NCBI GenBank assembly: GCA_016794365.1
Contig: JAEUKB010000025.1
Coordinates: 1-52,692, forward strand
Length of the DNA: 52,692 nt
Direction of reading: 5' to 3'
Origin: Myxococcales bacterium
Lineage (GTDB): Bacteria > Myxococcota_A > Polyangia > Palsa-1104 > JAEUJZ01
Positions 36,850 through 45,939 of the stretch are shown one piece after another; position 1 is the stretch's first letter; each line of letters starts with the position of its first letter. The position numbers and the translations under genes were made by a program. The notes under the pieces were generated by a model, which saw only the letters and a program-made list of their open reading frames with translations, did not search any database and was not told the DNA's origin.

Positions 36850-39216
36850 GTGGCCAATTCGGGAAACAAAGAAAAGCTCATCGAAGCAGCGCAGCAACTG
36901 GCTGAAAAAGGCCAGTTTGACAAAGCGCTTCGTGAATATCTCAAGGTCGCCGCCGAGGATGAAAACGATGTCCTGGTCTGGGTGCGGATCGGCGACTTGT
37001 ACGTCAAGCTCGGTCAAAAGAGCGAAGCCATCGCCAATTATCAGCGTGTTGCTCAGCTCTATATCGCGAGCGGTCAACCCGATAATGCCATCTCGGTGTA
37101 TCAGCAAATCCTTCAGCTAGATCCGAAGTCCGCTGATACCTATATGTCACTCGGCGGATTATATCGTGATATAGGCAAAGCACCGCTGGCTATGCAGCAG
37201 TTCGAGCTGGCCGCGCAGCTCTATGCTCGGGCTGGCAAGAGCGCTCAGTCGCTGCGGGCCGAGCAGGCGGTTGTGGATCTGGCTCCAGAGAGCTTGCCGC
37301 GACGGATTCGCTTGGCGGAGCTGTACTCAAAGGAAAGTCTTCCGACGGAAGCAGCCCGAGAGTTTCGGCAGGCCAGCGCGCTCTTGAAGAGCCAGAATCG
37401 CATGGACGACTGGGCCAAGGTTGTGGAACGTCTGCTGTTCCACGCGCCGTCGGATGTTGCGATTTCCAATGAGCTAGCGCGTCACTATTTGTCCGTGAAC
37501 GATAGCCTGCGCGCACTGTCTCGGCTTCAGGCCAGCTTCAAAGAAAATCGCGCAGACAAAGAACAGCTTGAGCTACTCGCACAAGCATTTGTGAAGCTAC
37601 AAAAGCCCGACAAAGCGATTGCTGTGCTGAAAGAGCTGGCACGGCTTCATAACGATCGCAAAGCGGCTGAATCGATTTATCGCAGAGTGCTGGCCATTGA
37701 TCCCAACGACGCGGATGCTCAGAGCGCGCTGGGTGGTGGCTCGCTTCCATCTCCATCGGCAGTGCAGGCGCACTTTACGTCTGCGCTGATCCTCAATTCT
37801 CCCAGTCCTGGTCCGGTGCCGTCGTCGAAGTCGTCGCCGATTCCTGGTTCTGCGGTTTCGGCGGGGCGTCCGACGCCACTGGTGGTTCCAGCAATGCAAG
37901 CACGTACAAGCTCCGACATTACGCCGGTGGTGGGTGTGCGCCTGGATGGCACGTTGCCGCCGGTGAGTCGTCCCGTCGAGCCTCTGAGTGACGAAGAAGA
38001 GCAGGATCGCGTGCTCAGCGAGTCGGACTCGTTTGTGCGCTTCGGACTCAAAGGCAAAGCGCTGGAGTCCCTGCGTGCGACGCTGTCGCATCGGCCTCAC
38101 CTGCACAAGGTGCGCGAAAAGCTGGCCAAGGTCTACGAAGTGCTGGGGCAGTTTCGTCCCGCCATTGCAGAGCTGCGTACGCTGGCCGATCGCGCGGTCA
38201 GCCACGAAGAGCAAGCGCGCTATCTGCGTGAGATCCTGCGCCTGGACAATCGCGATGGAGCCGCGTCAGAGCGTCTGCGCCGCATCAGTGGTGAGTTTAA
38301 GCCGGTCTCGTCGCCAGCGATTGATGAAGATGAGCCAGTGATCGAGATGTCGGCTTCGGATGACGATGGTCCAACGTCGCCCAATCCAGCGGTGGTGACC
38401 CGTAGCGAGCCGCTGCCGCTGCCGCCTGCTCCGTCGGGACCATCGAGTCGTCCGCCCGTTTCAGAGCGGCCACCGTCGCGTCAGTCGGCTCCGTCGCAGC
38501 GCAGTGGCACCTTGCGGGAAGAGCTGGCCGAGGTCGAGTTCTTCATGCAGCAGCGGATGTTTGAAGATGCCAAGCGGCTGCTGCGCTCGCTGTCGTCGCG
38601 CTATCCACACAGTCAGACGGTCCAAAACAAGCTGGCCGAGCTGAGCGGAAATAGCTCGTCGTCCGACGAGAACTTGATCGAGCTAGAGCCCGAAGAGCTG
38701 GTGCCCGACAGCACGCCGCCGATTAGCAGTCCGGCGCTGCCGCCCGCGAGCAAAAAAGCGCCACCGCTTGCTTCCGCGCGCAGCATTCCGGTTCCTCCGT
38801 CGGGAACTACGCCGCAGCAGGCCGGGCAAGAAAAGAGCGGTCCGACGGAACCTCGCGATCCGAGTGAGGCGTATCAGCGCGGCATCGCGCATCGCAACCG
38901 AGGTCAGCACGCGCTCGCGATTGGTGAGTTCAAGATCGCGATGCAAGAGCGCAAGCTGGCGGGTCGGGCGGCGCTGATGCTCGGACAGTGCTATCGCGAT
39001 CTGTCGCAGCTTCGGGAAGCGGTCGAGGTCTTCAAAGAAGGTCTCTACATGCCGTCGGTGTCCGAGGCAGATCTGGCCGAGCTAAACTACCAGCTTGCGC
39101 AGTGCTACGAGCGTCAGCACAACAACAAAGAAGCGATTTACTTCTATCAGCAGGCGCAGCAGACGCAGCCGGGCTACAAAGACTCGGCGGTGAGAGTGAA
39201 CGCGCTTCGTCGGTAA
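36850..39216 (+). CDS. Large tetratricopeptide-repeat (TPR) protein
   Basis: 788 aa, GTG start. Multiple TPR-like units at the N-terminus (roughly residues 1-290) and the C-terminus (roughly residues 640-788), separated by a Pro/Ser-rich low-complexity linker. Confidence 0.7.
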   Translation: MANSGNKEKLIEAAQQLAEKGQFDKALREYLKVAAEDENDVLVWVRIGDLYVKLGQKSEAIANYQRVAQLYIASGQPDNAISVYQQILQLDPKSADTYMSLGGLYRDIGKAPLAMQQFELAAQLYARAGKSAQSLRAEQAVVDLAPESLPRRIRLAELYSKESLPTEAAREFRQASALLKSQNRMDDWAKVVERLLFHAPSDVAISNELARHYLSVNDSLRALSRLQASFKENRADKEQLELLAQAFVKLQKPDKAIAVLKELARLHNDRKAAESIYRRVLAIDPNDADAQSALGGGSLPSPSAVQAHFTSALILNSPSPGPVPSSKSSPIPGSAVSAGRPTPLVVPAMQARTSSDITPVVGVRLDGTLPPVSRPVEPLSDEEEQDRVLSESDSFVRFGLKGKALESLRATLSHRPHLHKVREKLAKVYEVLGQFRPAIAELRTLADRAVSHEEQARYLREILRLDNRDGAASERLRRISGEFKPVSSPAIDEDEPVIEMSASDDDGPTSPNPAVVTRSEPLPLPPAPSGPSSRPPVSERPPSRQSAPSQRSGTLREELAEVEFFMQQRMFEDAKRLLRSLSSRYPHSQTVQNKLAELSGNSSSSDENLIELEPEELVPDSTPPISSPALPPASKKAPPLASARSIPVPPSGTTPQQAGQEKSGPTEPRDPSEAYQRGIAHRNRGQHALAIGEFKIAMQERKLAGRAALMLGQCYRDLSQLREAVEVFKEGLYMPSVSEADLAELNYQLAQCYERQHNNKEAIYFYQQAQQTQPGYKDSAVRVNALRR

Positions 39217-39276
39217 GCTTGGGGTTTTGCGTCGCGCTGACGGACGAGCGCTTCCAACCAGCGCGATCGCATCAGG

Positions 39277-40275
39277 CTACGACGCTGATTCGTGGGATTT
39301 GGGCTGGATTCCGCGCTCTTTGCGCAGCTTTTCTTCGTCGAAGCCTGGCTCGACGTAGATGCGACGAAGATGCGGAAACTTGGTGCGCAGCGCGGCTTCG
39401 AGATCGTTGATCTTGCTCTCGAGCGCATCCATCGTCAGGTCGCGCGCGAAGCGAATCTTGATCGCGGCCAGCACTTCCTGCGGCGCAATGTGCATGGTTC
39501 GCAGGTGAATGACCTCGAGCACACCCGACTGACGAGACGCTAGCTCGACGATCTGTTCGTGCTCTTCTTTCGGAACCGCTTCGCCAATCAGCAGGCTCAT
39601 CGAGTCTCGTCCGAGGAAGATCGCCACCACCAGCAGCGCAATACCGACGACAATCGACGCGAGCGCATCCCACAGCGGATTGCCGGTCAGGTAGCTTCCG
39701 AGCACACCCGCGAGCGCCACCGCCAGTCCGAACAGCGCCGCCAGATCCTCAAACAGCACGGTCAGCACCGTTGGATCGCGCGCATCTTCGAGCGTCTTGC
39801 GCAGGCCTTTGCCCGCCGTCATGTGCAAAAACTCCTGCACGGCTGCGCGCAGCGACCAGCTTTCCAGCACCAGCGACACGCAGAGCACGATGATCGCCCA
39901 CTTCACGTCGCCATGCGCGTGTGCTTGTCCGTGCGCGATGTGCCACAGCTTCTCGCTGCCTTCCCAGATGCTGACCGCCGCACCGATGAGGAAGATGCTG
40001 CCCGCGACGATGAATGCCCAAAAATACGTCTCGGTGCCGTAGCCAAACGGGTGCAGCGCATCCGGAGGTCGCGAGCTGCGACGCATTCCGATGAGCAAAA
40101 ACGCCTGATTCGACGTATCCGCCAGCGAGTGAACCGCTTCAGCCAGCATCGCCGTCGATCCACTGATCGCTGCGGCTGCGAACTTGAACACTGCGATAAG
40201 CAGGTTGATAAAAAGCGCCACCATCACCACGCGGAGTCCTCCGCTGTGGCCGGTGGTCGGCTCTGCTGCGCTCAT
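39277..40275 (-). CDS. Cation diffusion facilitator (CDF) family metal efflux transporter
   Basis: Track ORF is 39277..40368. I chose the Met of MSAAEPTTGHSGG (40275). CDF signature HSLADTSNQAFLLIG, six TM helices, and a C-terminal cytoplasmic domain. Confidence 0.85.
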   Translation of the reverse strand: MSAAEPTTGHSGGLRVVMVALFINLLIAVFKFAAAAISGSTAMLAEAVHSLADTSNQAFLLIGMRRSSRPPDALHPFGYGTETYFWAFIVAGSIFLIGAAVSIWEGSEKLWHIAHGQAHAHGDVKWAIIVLCVSLVLESWSLRAAVQEFLHMTAGKGLRKTLEDARDPTVLTVLFEDLAALFGLAVALAGVLGSYLTGNPLWDALASIVVGIALLVVAIFLGRDSMSLLIGEAVPKEEHEQIVELASRQSGVLEVIHLRTMHIAPQEVLAAIKIRFARDLTMDALESKINDLEAALRTKFPHLRRIYVEPGFDEEKLRKERGIQPKSHESAS

Positions 40276-40288
40276 GACTTCCCCCTTG

Positions 40289-40957
40289 CTACACGCGATC
40301 TTCGAGCGATGCTCCTGACTCGGTTCCTCGGTCTTGCGCCGAAAGCAGCAGTCGCTGCCACAGCTCACCTATGCCTTCCCCTTGCTCGGCTGCACAGACG
40401 ATGGCTTTGCCGCCTAGCACGCGCGACAGGATCTGCGCCGCTGGCTTGCGCTCGGACTTGGCCAGCTTGTCGGCCTTGGTCAGCACCGGAATCACCTTGC
40501 GACCGAGCCCGCGTAGGTACAGAGCCAGCTCACTTTCGTCGAACAGCAGCTCTTCCACCCGAGCATCGATCACCCGGCGCGCGTCGCACAGCATCGCTAC
40601 GGCACGCAGGCTGTCCCGACCGCTCAGGTATTCTTCCATCATCTTTTGCCAGCTTGCGCGCTCGGTGCGGCTGACTTCGGCATAGCCGTAGCCCGGCAAG
40701 TCCGCGAGCATCACGTCGATGGGCTGCTCGGGACCGCTCACCGTCGTGCGGAAAAAGTTGATGAGTCGCGTTCGTCCCGGCGTCTTCGACACCCTGGCCA
40801 GACCCCGGCGACCGAGTAGCGCGTTGAGCAGCGTAGACTTGCCCACGTTGCTGCGACCACAGATGGCCACTTCCGCCATGGTGGGCGCGGGCCACTGCGC
40901 ACGGGTCGGAGCGCTGGCGACAAACTCGCTGCGAAGGATATGCATAGGCGGGCTCAT
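40289..40957 (-). CDS. engB: Ribosome biogenesis GTP-binding protein EngB/YihA
   Basis: G1 motif GRSNVGKSTLLNAL, G3 motif DLPGYG, G4 motif TKADK. The track ORF extends to 41203, and I trimmed the start to the Met of MSPPMHILRSEF (40957; the Met at 40945 is also possible). Confidence 0.85.
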   Translation of the reverse strand: MSPPMHILRSEFVASAPTRAQWPAPTMAEVAICGRSNVGKSTLLNALLGRRGLARVSKTPGRTRLINFFRTTVSGPEQPIDVMLADLPGYGYAEVSRTERASWQKMMEEYLSGRDSLRAVAMLCDARRVIDARVEELLFDESELALYLRGLGRKVIPVLTKADKLAKSERKPAAQILSRVLGGKAIVCAAEQGEGIGELWQRLLLSAQDRGTESGASLEDRV

Positions 40958-40973
40958 TGTACCTTGGGTTCGA

Positions 40974-42257
40974 CTAGGCTTTGCTAAGGACCAAGCTGAT
41001 GTTTGCGCCACCCTGCGAGAGCGTCGGAACCAGCGCATGACGAACCTGGGCCGCGCGCGACGTTCGGATGATTCCGGGCAGGCTGCGCAGCGGATCGGGT
41101 GTCTGACAGTGTACGGTTCCTGGCACCTTTTGTGCGCACAGGGACCACAGCGCGGCACCCAGGCGCACACCGGCAGAGGTCTGCCACTCGCCGCACTGAC
41201 CAATCACAGAGGAAATGGCCACGCGCTCAGCGGCTTGACCGAGTGCGTCTCGCAGCGCGGCGGCTTCCAGTTCATCGAGCGAGCTACCGTTTCCTGCACC
41301 CGCGACGTAATCGATCTGATCAGCGGACAGACTGGCCATTGCCAGGCTCTGGGTGATCGCAGCGCTGGCTCCCGCAGCGGGACCGCTTTTGTGGGACCAA
41401 CCGACGCGCGCGCGCTCGTCTCCGGCCCGACCCACGCCCGATAGATACGCCAGCGGAGGTGCGCTCAGCCCGCGATCGGCCCGCTCGAGCAGGACAACCA
41501 CCGCGCCTTCGCCCGGCACCACGCCTTGACCGCGCGCTTCGTAGGGATGAATCGGTGCTGTCTCGGCGGTCGCGAGATCCGGCGACAACAGCGACATCTG
41601 CCACAGGCCATGGATCAGCCACGAGGACAGCTCGTCGCAGCCACCACACAGCACGGCATCGGCGCGGTCGGTCGCGATGAGCTCTGCGCCCGTCGCAATC
41701 GCTTCGGGCAAAGACAGCTCGCGGTGGTTCACGGTGATGTTGGGCCCAGTCAGACCCAGCTCAATCGCCAGGATTCCCGACGAGGCATTCATAACCGTAT
41801 ACGGAAAGACAGCGGGCGACGCAGCGGCCACACCGGAAGCGATGATGCTGCGAACGAACTCGATGGTGGAATCCAGTCCGCCCAGTCCAGTTCCCAGGAC
41901 CACACCGATGCGCGCTGCACCATGTCTGCGCAGGGCTTCCGCTTCCGCCGGAGCAACCCCAGGCACAAGACCCAGGGCTTCACGCGCTGCGACGACGCAC
42001 ATCTGCGCAAGCCGTGGCATGCGACGACGTTTTCCCGCCTCAATGGCCGCTTGCGCACCGAAGTCTTCGACGCGACCGGTCCAAATGGGCTGACCACGCA
42101 GCTCCTCAGGAAGCTGAATCGATGGATCGACAGACCGGCTGAGCGCGGAACGACCTTCGGCCAGGCTTGCGAAAAACGCTTGCTGCGTTGCTCCGAGTGG
42201 TGTGACCAGCCCGAGTCCGGTGATGGCCACCTTCGGCAGAAGCGAGACGCTAGACAT
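40974..42257 (-). CDS. Beta-ketoacyl-ACP synthase (KAS I/II)-like protein lacking the Cys-His-His catalytic triad
   Basis: Thiolase/KAS fold pattern (VAITGLGLVTPLG, GPNITV, GGCDE). Aligned by eye to E. coli FabF, the catalytic residue positions read Glu in place of Cys163 (GPNITVNHRELS against GPSISIATACTS), Asn in place of His303 (AGNGSS against AHGTST), and Glu or Gln in place of His340 (GQCGEW against TGHLLG). Start trimmed to Met10 (42257). Confidence 0.7.
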   Translation of the reverse strand: MSSVSLLPKVAITGLGLVTPLGATQQAFFASLAEGRSALSRSVDPSIQLPEELRGQPIWTGRVEDFGAQAAIEAGKRRRMPRLAQMCVVAAREALGLVPGVAPAEAEALRRHGAARIGVVLGTGLGGLDSTIEFVRSIIASGVAAASPAVFPYTVMNASSGILAIELGLTGPNITVNHRELSLPEAIATGAELIATDRADAVLCGGCDELSSWLIHGLWQMSLLSPDLATAETAPIHPYEARGQGVVPGEGAVVVLLERADRGLSAPPLAYLSGVGRAGDERARVGWSHKSGPAAGASAAITQSLAMASLSADQIDYVAGAGNGSSLDELEAAALRDALGQAAERVAISSVIGQCGEWQTSAGVRLGAALWSLCAQKVPGTVHCQTPDPLRSLPGIIRTSRAAQVRHALVPTLSQGGANISLVLSKA

Positions 42258-42279
42258 GGCGCTATTTGCTATCATGGCA

Positions 42280-42957
42280 GCCATGGCGAAAACGAAAAAA
42301 ATGGCAAGCCTGCTTCGTGCGGCTGCTCCTGCGGTCGCCGGTGCAGTGCTCCTCGCTGCCCAGCCTGCCGATGCGAAGATCCTCGAAGGCTACGTCGATG
42401 TCTATGTCGGCGGCATGTACGGCACCCCGCCCAAGCTCAGCTCGATCGTCACCCAAAAGTCCGAGCAAGCGGGCACCACCAAAGGCGCTGACTTTTTCGA
42501 CTACAACTCGGGCGGCTTGCTGGGTCTGCGCGGCGGTATCGAGATTCTGCACACCGATGCGTACATCCAGTTCGATCAGTTCGTGACGATGCAGGGTTTT
42601 TCGGGCTCGACGCTCCAAGGCATGATCGGCTGGGACTTCGAGCTGGGCTCGGGCGCGTGGCGTGGCGTTCTCGGCGGCTACGGCGGGCTTATCTTCGGGC
42701 TTCCCTATCGCACGGAGTATCCGATCGATCGCAAGCAGATTGCGTGGTTCGGACTCGGCGCGGAAGGCCAGGCGGGCGTTGAGTATTACCTGAACCGCTT
42801 TTTCGTTCTCAACTTCACCGGAACCTTTGGCTACCACTACATGCTCGCCGGTGCAGAGCAGGTCATCATCGACATGGCGGGCAACACCGAACAGACCCGC
42901 ACCCACGGCTTCCATTTGCTCGGCAAGCTGGGTCTGCGCTTCCAACTCGGTATCTAA
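42280..42957 (+). CDS. Hypothetical secreted protein (Gly/aromatic-rich, possibly a beta-barrel)
   Basis: Track ORF is 42202..42957. I chose the Met of MAKTKKMASLLRAAAPAVAGAVLLAAQPADA, which gives a signal peptide; the Met at 42301 is an alternative. Alternating Gly/Tyr/Phe-rich segments. Confidence 0.45.
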   Translation, partial: AMAKTKKMASLLRAAAPAVAGAVLLAAQPADAKILEGYVDVYVGGMYGTPPKLSSIVTQKSEQAGTTKGADFFDYNSGGLLGLRGGIEILHTDAYIQFDQFVTMQGFSGSTLQGMIGWDFELGSGAWRGVLGGYGGLIFGLPYRTEYPIDRKQIAWFGLGAEGQAGVEYYLNRFFVLNFTGTFGYHYMLAGAEQVIIDMAGNTEQTRTHGFHLLGKLGLRFQLGI

Positions 42958-42999
42958 AACCAGTGCCGAGACGCCGGGTGGTTTTGCTATCGTCCCGAC

Positions 43000-43899
43000 A
43001 TGAGTGACCCAGGCAAGCCCGTTGTTATCACTTGTGCTCTCACCGGAGTCCTGACCGACCCAACCCAGCATCGCGTGCCGGTGACCGCTGCTGAGATGGC
43101 GCAAGCCGCAGCCGAAGCCAGAGACGCTGGTGCGACGGTTGTTCACTGTCACTATCGACAACAAACCCCTGGCATGGGTCGCTTTCCGACGTGGGAACCC
43201 GATGTCGTCGCAGAAATTGATTCAGCGATTCGTGCGCGCGTTCCCGACATCATCGTCAACATGTCCACGGGCGTCATCGGTCCCGATGTCAGTGCGCCGC
43301 TCGCTTGCCTTGCGCGGATTCGTCCCGAAATGGCTGCGCTCAATGCCGGATCGCTCAACTACTTGAGAGCACGCAGCGACGGACGCTGGGCATGGCCGCC
43401 GATGCTGTTCGACAATCCCGTCGATAAGGTTGAAAAGTTTCTGTCCGCGATGAACCAGATCGGCACCGTTCCCGAGTGTGAGTGCTTCGATACTGGCATC
43501 GTTCGCTCGATCGGGCTGTTCAAGCAAGTGGGTCTGCTCACGGGTCCGATCCATGTCTCGCTGGTGATGGGCGTCGCGTCCGGCATGCCGTGTAAGCCCG
43601 AGTGGCTGCCGTTGATCGTCGCAGAACTTCCCGAGGGTGCGCACTTTCAGACGATCGGCATCGGTCAAAAGGAAGTCTGGCCGGTTCATCGTCGCGCCGC
43701 CGAGCTGGGTGGTCACTTGCGTACCGGCATCGAGGACACCTTCTATCTTCCCGACGGAACCAAGACCGACTCCAACGGACGCCTGGTCGAAGCGCTGGTA
43801 AAGCTGGCGCGCGAAGTGGGCCGAGACATTGCGACAGCGACGCAAGCGCGCGAGATCCTCGGGGTGCTGCCGGTTCCGCACGGTCCCGTCGATCCGTGA
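43000..43899 (+). CDS. Beta-keto acid cleavage enzyme (BKACE/DUF849, 3-keto-5-aminohexanoate cleavage enzyme family)
   Basis: 299 aa. Family-typical N-terminus (KPVVITCALTGVLTD), HCHYRQ, and GIED motifs near the C-terminus. Confidence 0.75.
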   Translation: MSDPGKPVVITCALTGVLTDPTQHRVPVTAAEMAQAAAEARDAGATVVHCHYRQQTPGMGRFPTWEPDVVAEIDSAIRARVPDIIVNMSTGVIGPDVSAPLACLARIRPEMAALNAGSLNYLRARSDGRWAWPPMLFDNPVDKVEKFLSAMNQIGTVPECECFDTGIVRSIGLFKQVGLLTGPIHVSLVMGVASGMPCKPEWLPLIVAELPEGAHFQTIGIGQKEVWPVHRRAAELGGHLRTGIEDTFYLPDGTKTDSNGRLVEALVKLAREVGRDIATATQAREILGVLPVPHGPVDP

Positions 43900-45329
43900 T
43901 GGAAGCGACGACATCCGCGCCCGAGCGCTGCCTTTCGCTGTGCTGTCTTGATGCGGGACGCGGACGTCATCTGGCCGAAGGGCTGCGCGAAAGTGGCTAT
44001 TCCGTTCGCCTGGTTTCGTCGCTAAAAGCGCTCCTTGGTGGATCCGATGCGGCACCGATCGATCTGCTGGTGGTCGAGCTGCCTTCGCTCGATGAAGAGC
44101 TTGTGCGTGCGCTCTATCGACGCTGTCCGACGCTGATGGTTGCATTTGATCCATTGTCCGTCGGTGATGCATCGCGGTTGATTCGCGCTGGTGCCTACGA
44201 TGTCTTGCCGTCGCCGCTTCGTCTGTCCGAGCTACGTCTTGCGCTCGAAAAATCGGCGGCGCGTGAAGCCAGCTTGGGTGACCGTCGCGCAGAGCGCTTT
44301 TTGCCGATTCAAGGTCGTGTACCAGCTTCCGATGCTGTGCAGCTGCCGAAGTTCGTCATTGCCGAGTCAAAAGTGATGCGCGGACTGCTGGCTCAAGTGG
44401 CGCGCGTCGCTGTGCATCCGACCTCGGTGCTGCTGCTGGGAGAGTCGGGAACCGGCAAGGAAGTGCTGGCGCGAACGCTTCATCAGCTCTCGCCGCGTCG
44501 AGACGGACCTTTTGTTGCCATCAACTGCGGTGCGCTGCCCGAAGCGCTGCTCGAGAGCCTGCTGTTTGGTCACGTTCAAGGTGCGTTTACCGACGCTGTG
44601 CGTGATCAGCAAGGTGTCTTTGCGCGTGCGAGCGGCGGAACCTTGTTTCTCGACGAGATTGGCGAGCTACCGCTGGCGCTTCAGGTCAAGCTGCTGCGCG
44701 CGCTGCAAGAGCAAAAAATCCTGCCGCTCGGGGCCAAAGAGGAGCTGAGCGTCGATGTGCGCGTGATCGCCGCGACGCTGCGCAACCTAAGCCGCGAGGT
44801 CGATGCCAAGCGCTTTCGAGTCGATCTCTATTACCGTCTGAGCGTCGTCGAGCTGTTGGTTCCACCACTGCGAGAGCGTCGCGACGACATCTTACCGCTG
44901 GCGTTTCACTTCTTACAGCGGGCGGCGCAGCGTCTGGCTCGTCCGATCGTCGGGATCACCGAGCCTGCGCAGCGTGCGCTTCAGCGCTTCGACTTTCCGG
45001 GCAACGTCCGAGAGCTGGAAAACCTGGTCGAGCGCGCGGTGGTGCTGTGCGATCACACGCAGCTCGACGTGGCCGATCTGCCGTTTGCTGTGATCTCATC
45101 GTCGCTGGGTACGGCTCGCTCGGCTACGCTGACGCACTCGGAACCCGACGAGCTGGATCCGGCCAATCTCTCGGTCAAGCAAGCGACTGCTCGTCTGGAA
45201 CAGCGACTGATCGCGAAGGCCCTGCACAAGACGCGCGGCAACCGGACAGCGGCGGCCAAGCTGCTCGGGCTGTCGCATCGCGCGCTGCTCTACAAGCTGC
45301 GGGACTACGGCGGCGAAACCGATTCCTAG
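43899..45329 (+). CDS. Sigma-54-dependent transcriptional activator (NtrC-family enhancer-binding protein) with an atypical receiver domain
   Basis: The track ORF starts at 43602. I chose the ATG at 43899, which overlaps the TGA stop of the upstream gene (gtgATGg). AAA+ motifs GESGTGKE, GAFTDA (a GAFTGA variant) and ESLLFGH, plus a C-terminal Fis-type helix-turn-helix. In the receiver domain, Glu replaces the phospho-acceptor Asp (LLVVELPSLD). Confidence 0.85.
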   Translation: MEATTSAPERCLSLCCLDAGRGRHLAEGLRESGYSVRLVSSLKALLGGSDAAPIDLLVVELPSLDEELVRALYRRCPTLMVAFDPLSVGDASRLIRAGAYDVLPSPLRLSELRLALEKSAAREASLGDRRAERFLPIQGRVPASDAVQLPKFVIAESKVMRGLLAQVARVAVHPTSVLLLGESGTGKEVLARTLHQLSPRRDGPFVAINCGALPEALLESLLFGHVQGAFTDAVRDQQGVFARASGGTLFLDEIGELPLALQVKLLRALQEQKILPLGAKEELSVDVRVIAATLRNLSREVDAKRFRVDLYYRLSVVELLVPPLRERRDDILPLAFHFLQRAAQRLARPIVGITEPAQRALQRFDFPGNVRELENLVERAVVLCDHTQLDVADLPFAVISSSLGTARSATLTHSEPDELDPANLSVKQATARLEQRLIAKALHKTRGNRTAAAKLLGLSHRALLYKLRDYGGETDS

Positions 45330-45480
45330 CTGTTGCGTGCGACCGCCAGTGCCAGTGCGCCAGCACGCTTGTCGTTGCTTGGCGCTTGGAACGATAACGA
45401 TCGGCGAAGAATCCGTCGCTTGCTCACGCGGCAAGGACTGCGATTGACCAAAGGCCCCAAAAATATGTAAAAATGCATGT

Positions 45481-45837
45481 ATGTTCCGAGATAGCTTGCG
45501 CACCCTCGTAGAGAAGTCTGATGGCGCGGTCGCTGGACTGCTGATGGGCTTTGATGGCATCGCTGTGGAAAGCTATGCCAAGGACGCTCAGAAGCTCGAC
45601 ATCCAGACCGTCGGCATGGAGTTTTCGTTCATCCTGGCTCAGGTCAAGAAGGCTGCCGATATCATCGACGGTGGTGGTGTTGAAGAAGTCAGCATTCGCA
45701 CCGAGCGCCTGACCCTGCTGATTCGCGTCCTGTCGAAGGATTACTTCGTCGCGCTGGCTCTGCTGCCCAACGGCAACACCGGCAAAGGTCGCTATCTGCT
45801 TCGTGTGACGGCTCCGCAGATTCAAGCTGAGCTGTAA
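45481..45837 (+). CDS. Roadblock/LC7-domain protein
   Basis: 118 aa. Pattern GLLMGFDGIAVESY ... EEVSIRTERLTLLIRVL is typical of Roadblock/LC7/MglB-type small regulators. An AT-rich upstream region is present. Confidence 0.55.
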   Translation: MFRDSLRTLVEKSDGAVAGLLMGFDGIAVESYAKDAQKLDIQTVGMEFSFILAQVKKAADIIDGGGVEEVSIRTERLTLLIRVLSKDYFVALALLPNGNTGKGRYLLRVTAPQIQAEL

Positions 45838-45939
45838 TCGCGTCTCTTCGATACCGATATTGAGCTATGTACTGGATGTGCATGGCCAATATCTGTATAT
45901 CGCTTCGAGAAAATTCTCCGTTATGATATATTTCTCTGT

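Noticed and set aside
45330-45480. Possible sigma-54 promoter (ttggcgcttggaacg) upstream of the Roadblock/LC7 gene
   Set aside because: The GG is present but the -12 region lacks the TTGC/GC element at the correct 10-nt spacing. The AT-rich stretch just before the ATG looks more like a sigma-70-type or UP-like region.
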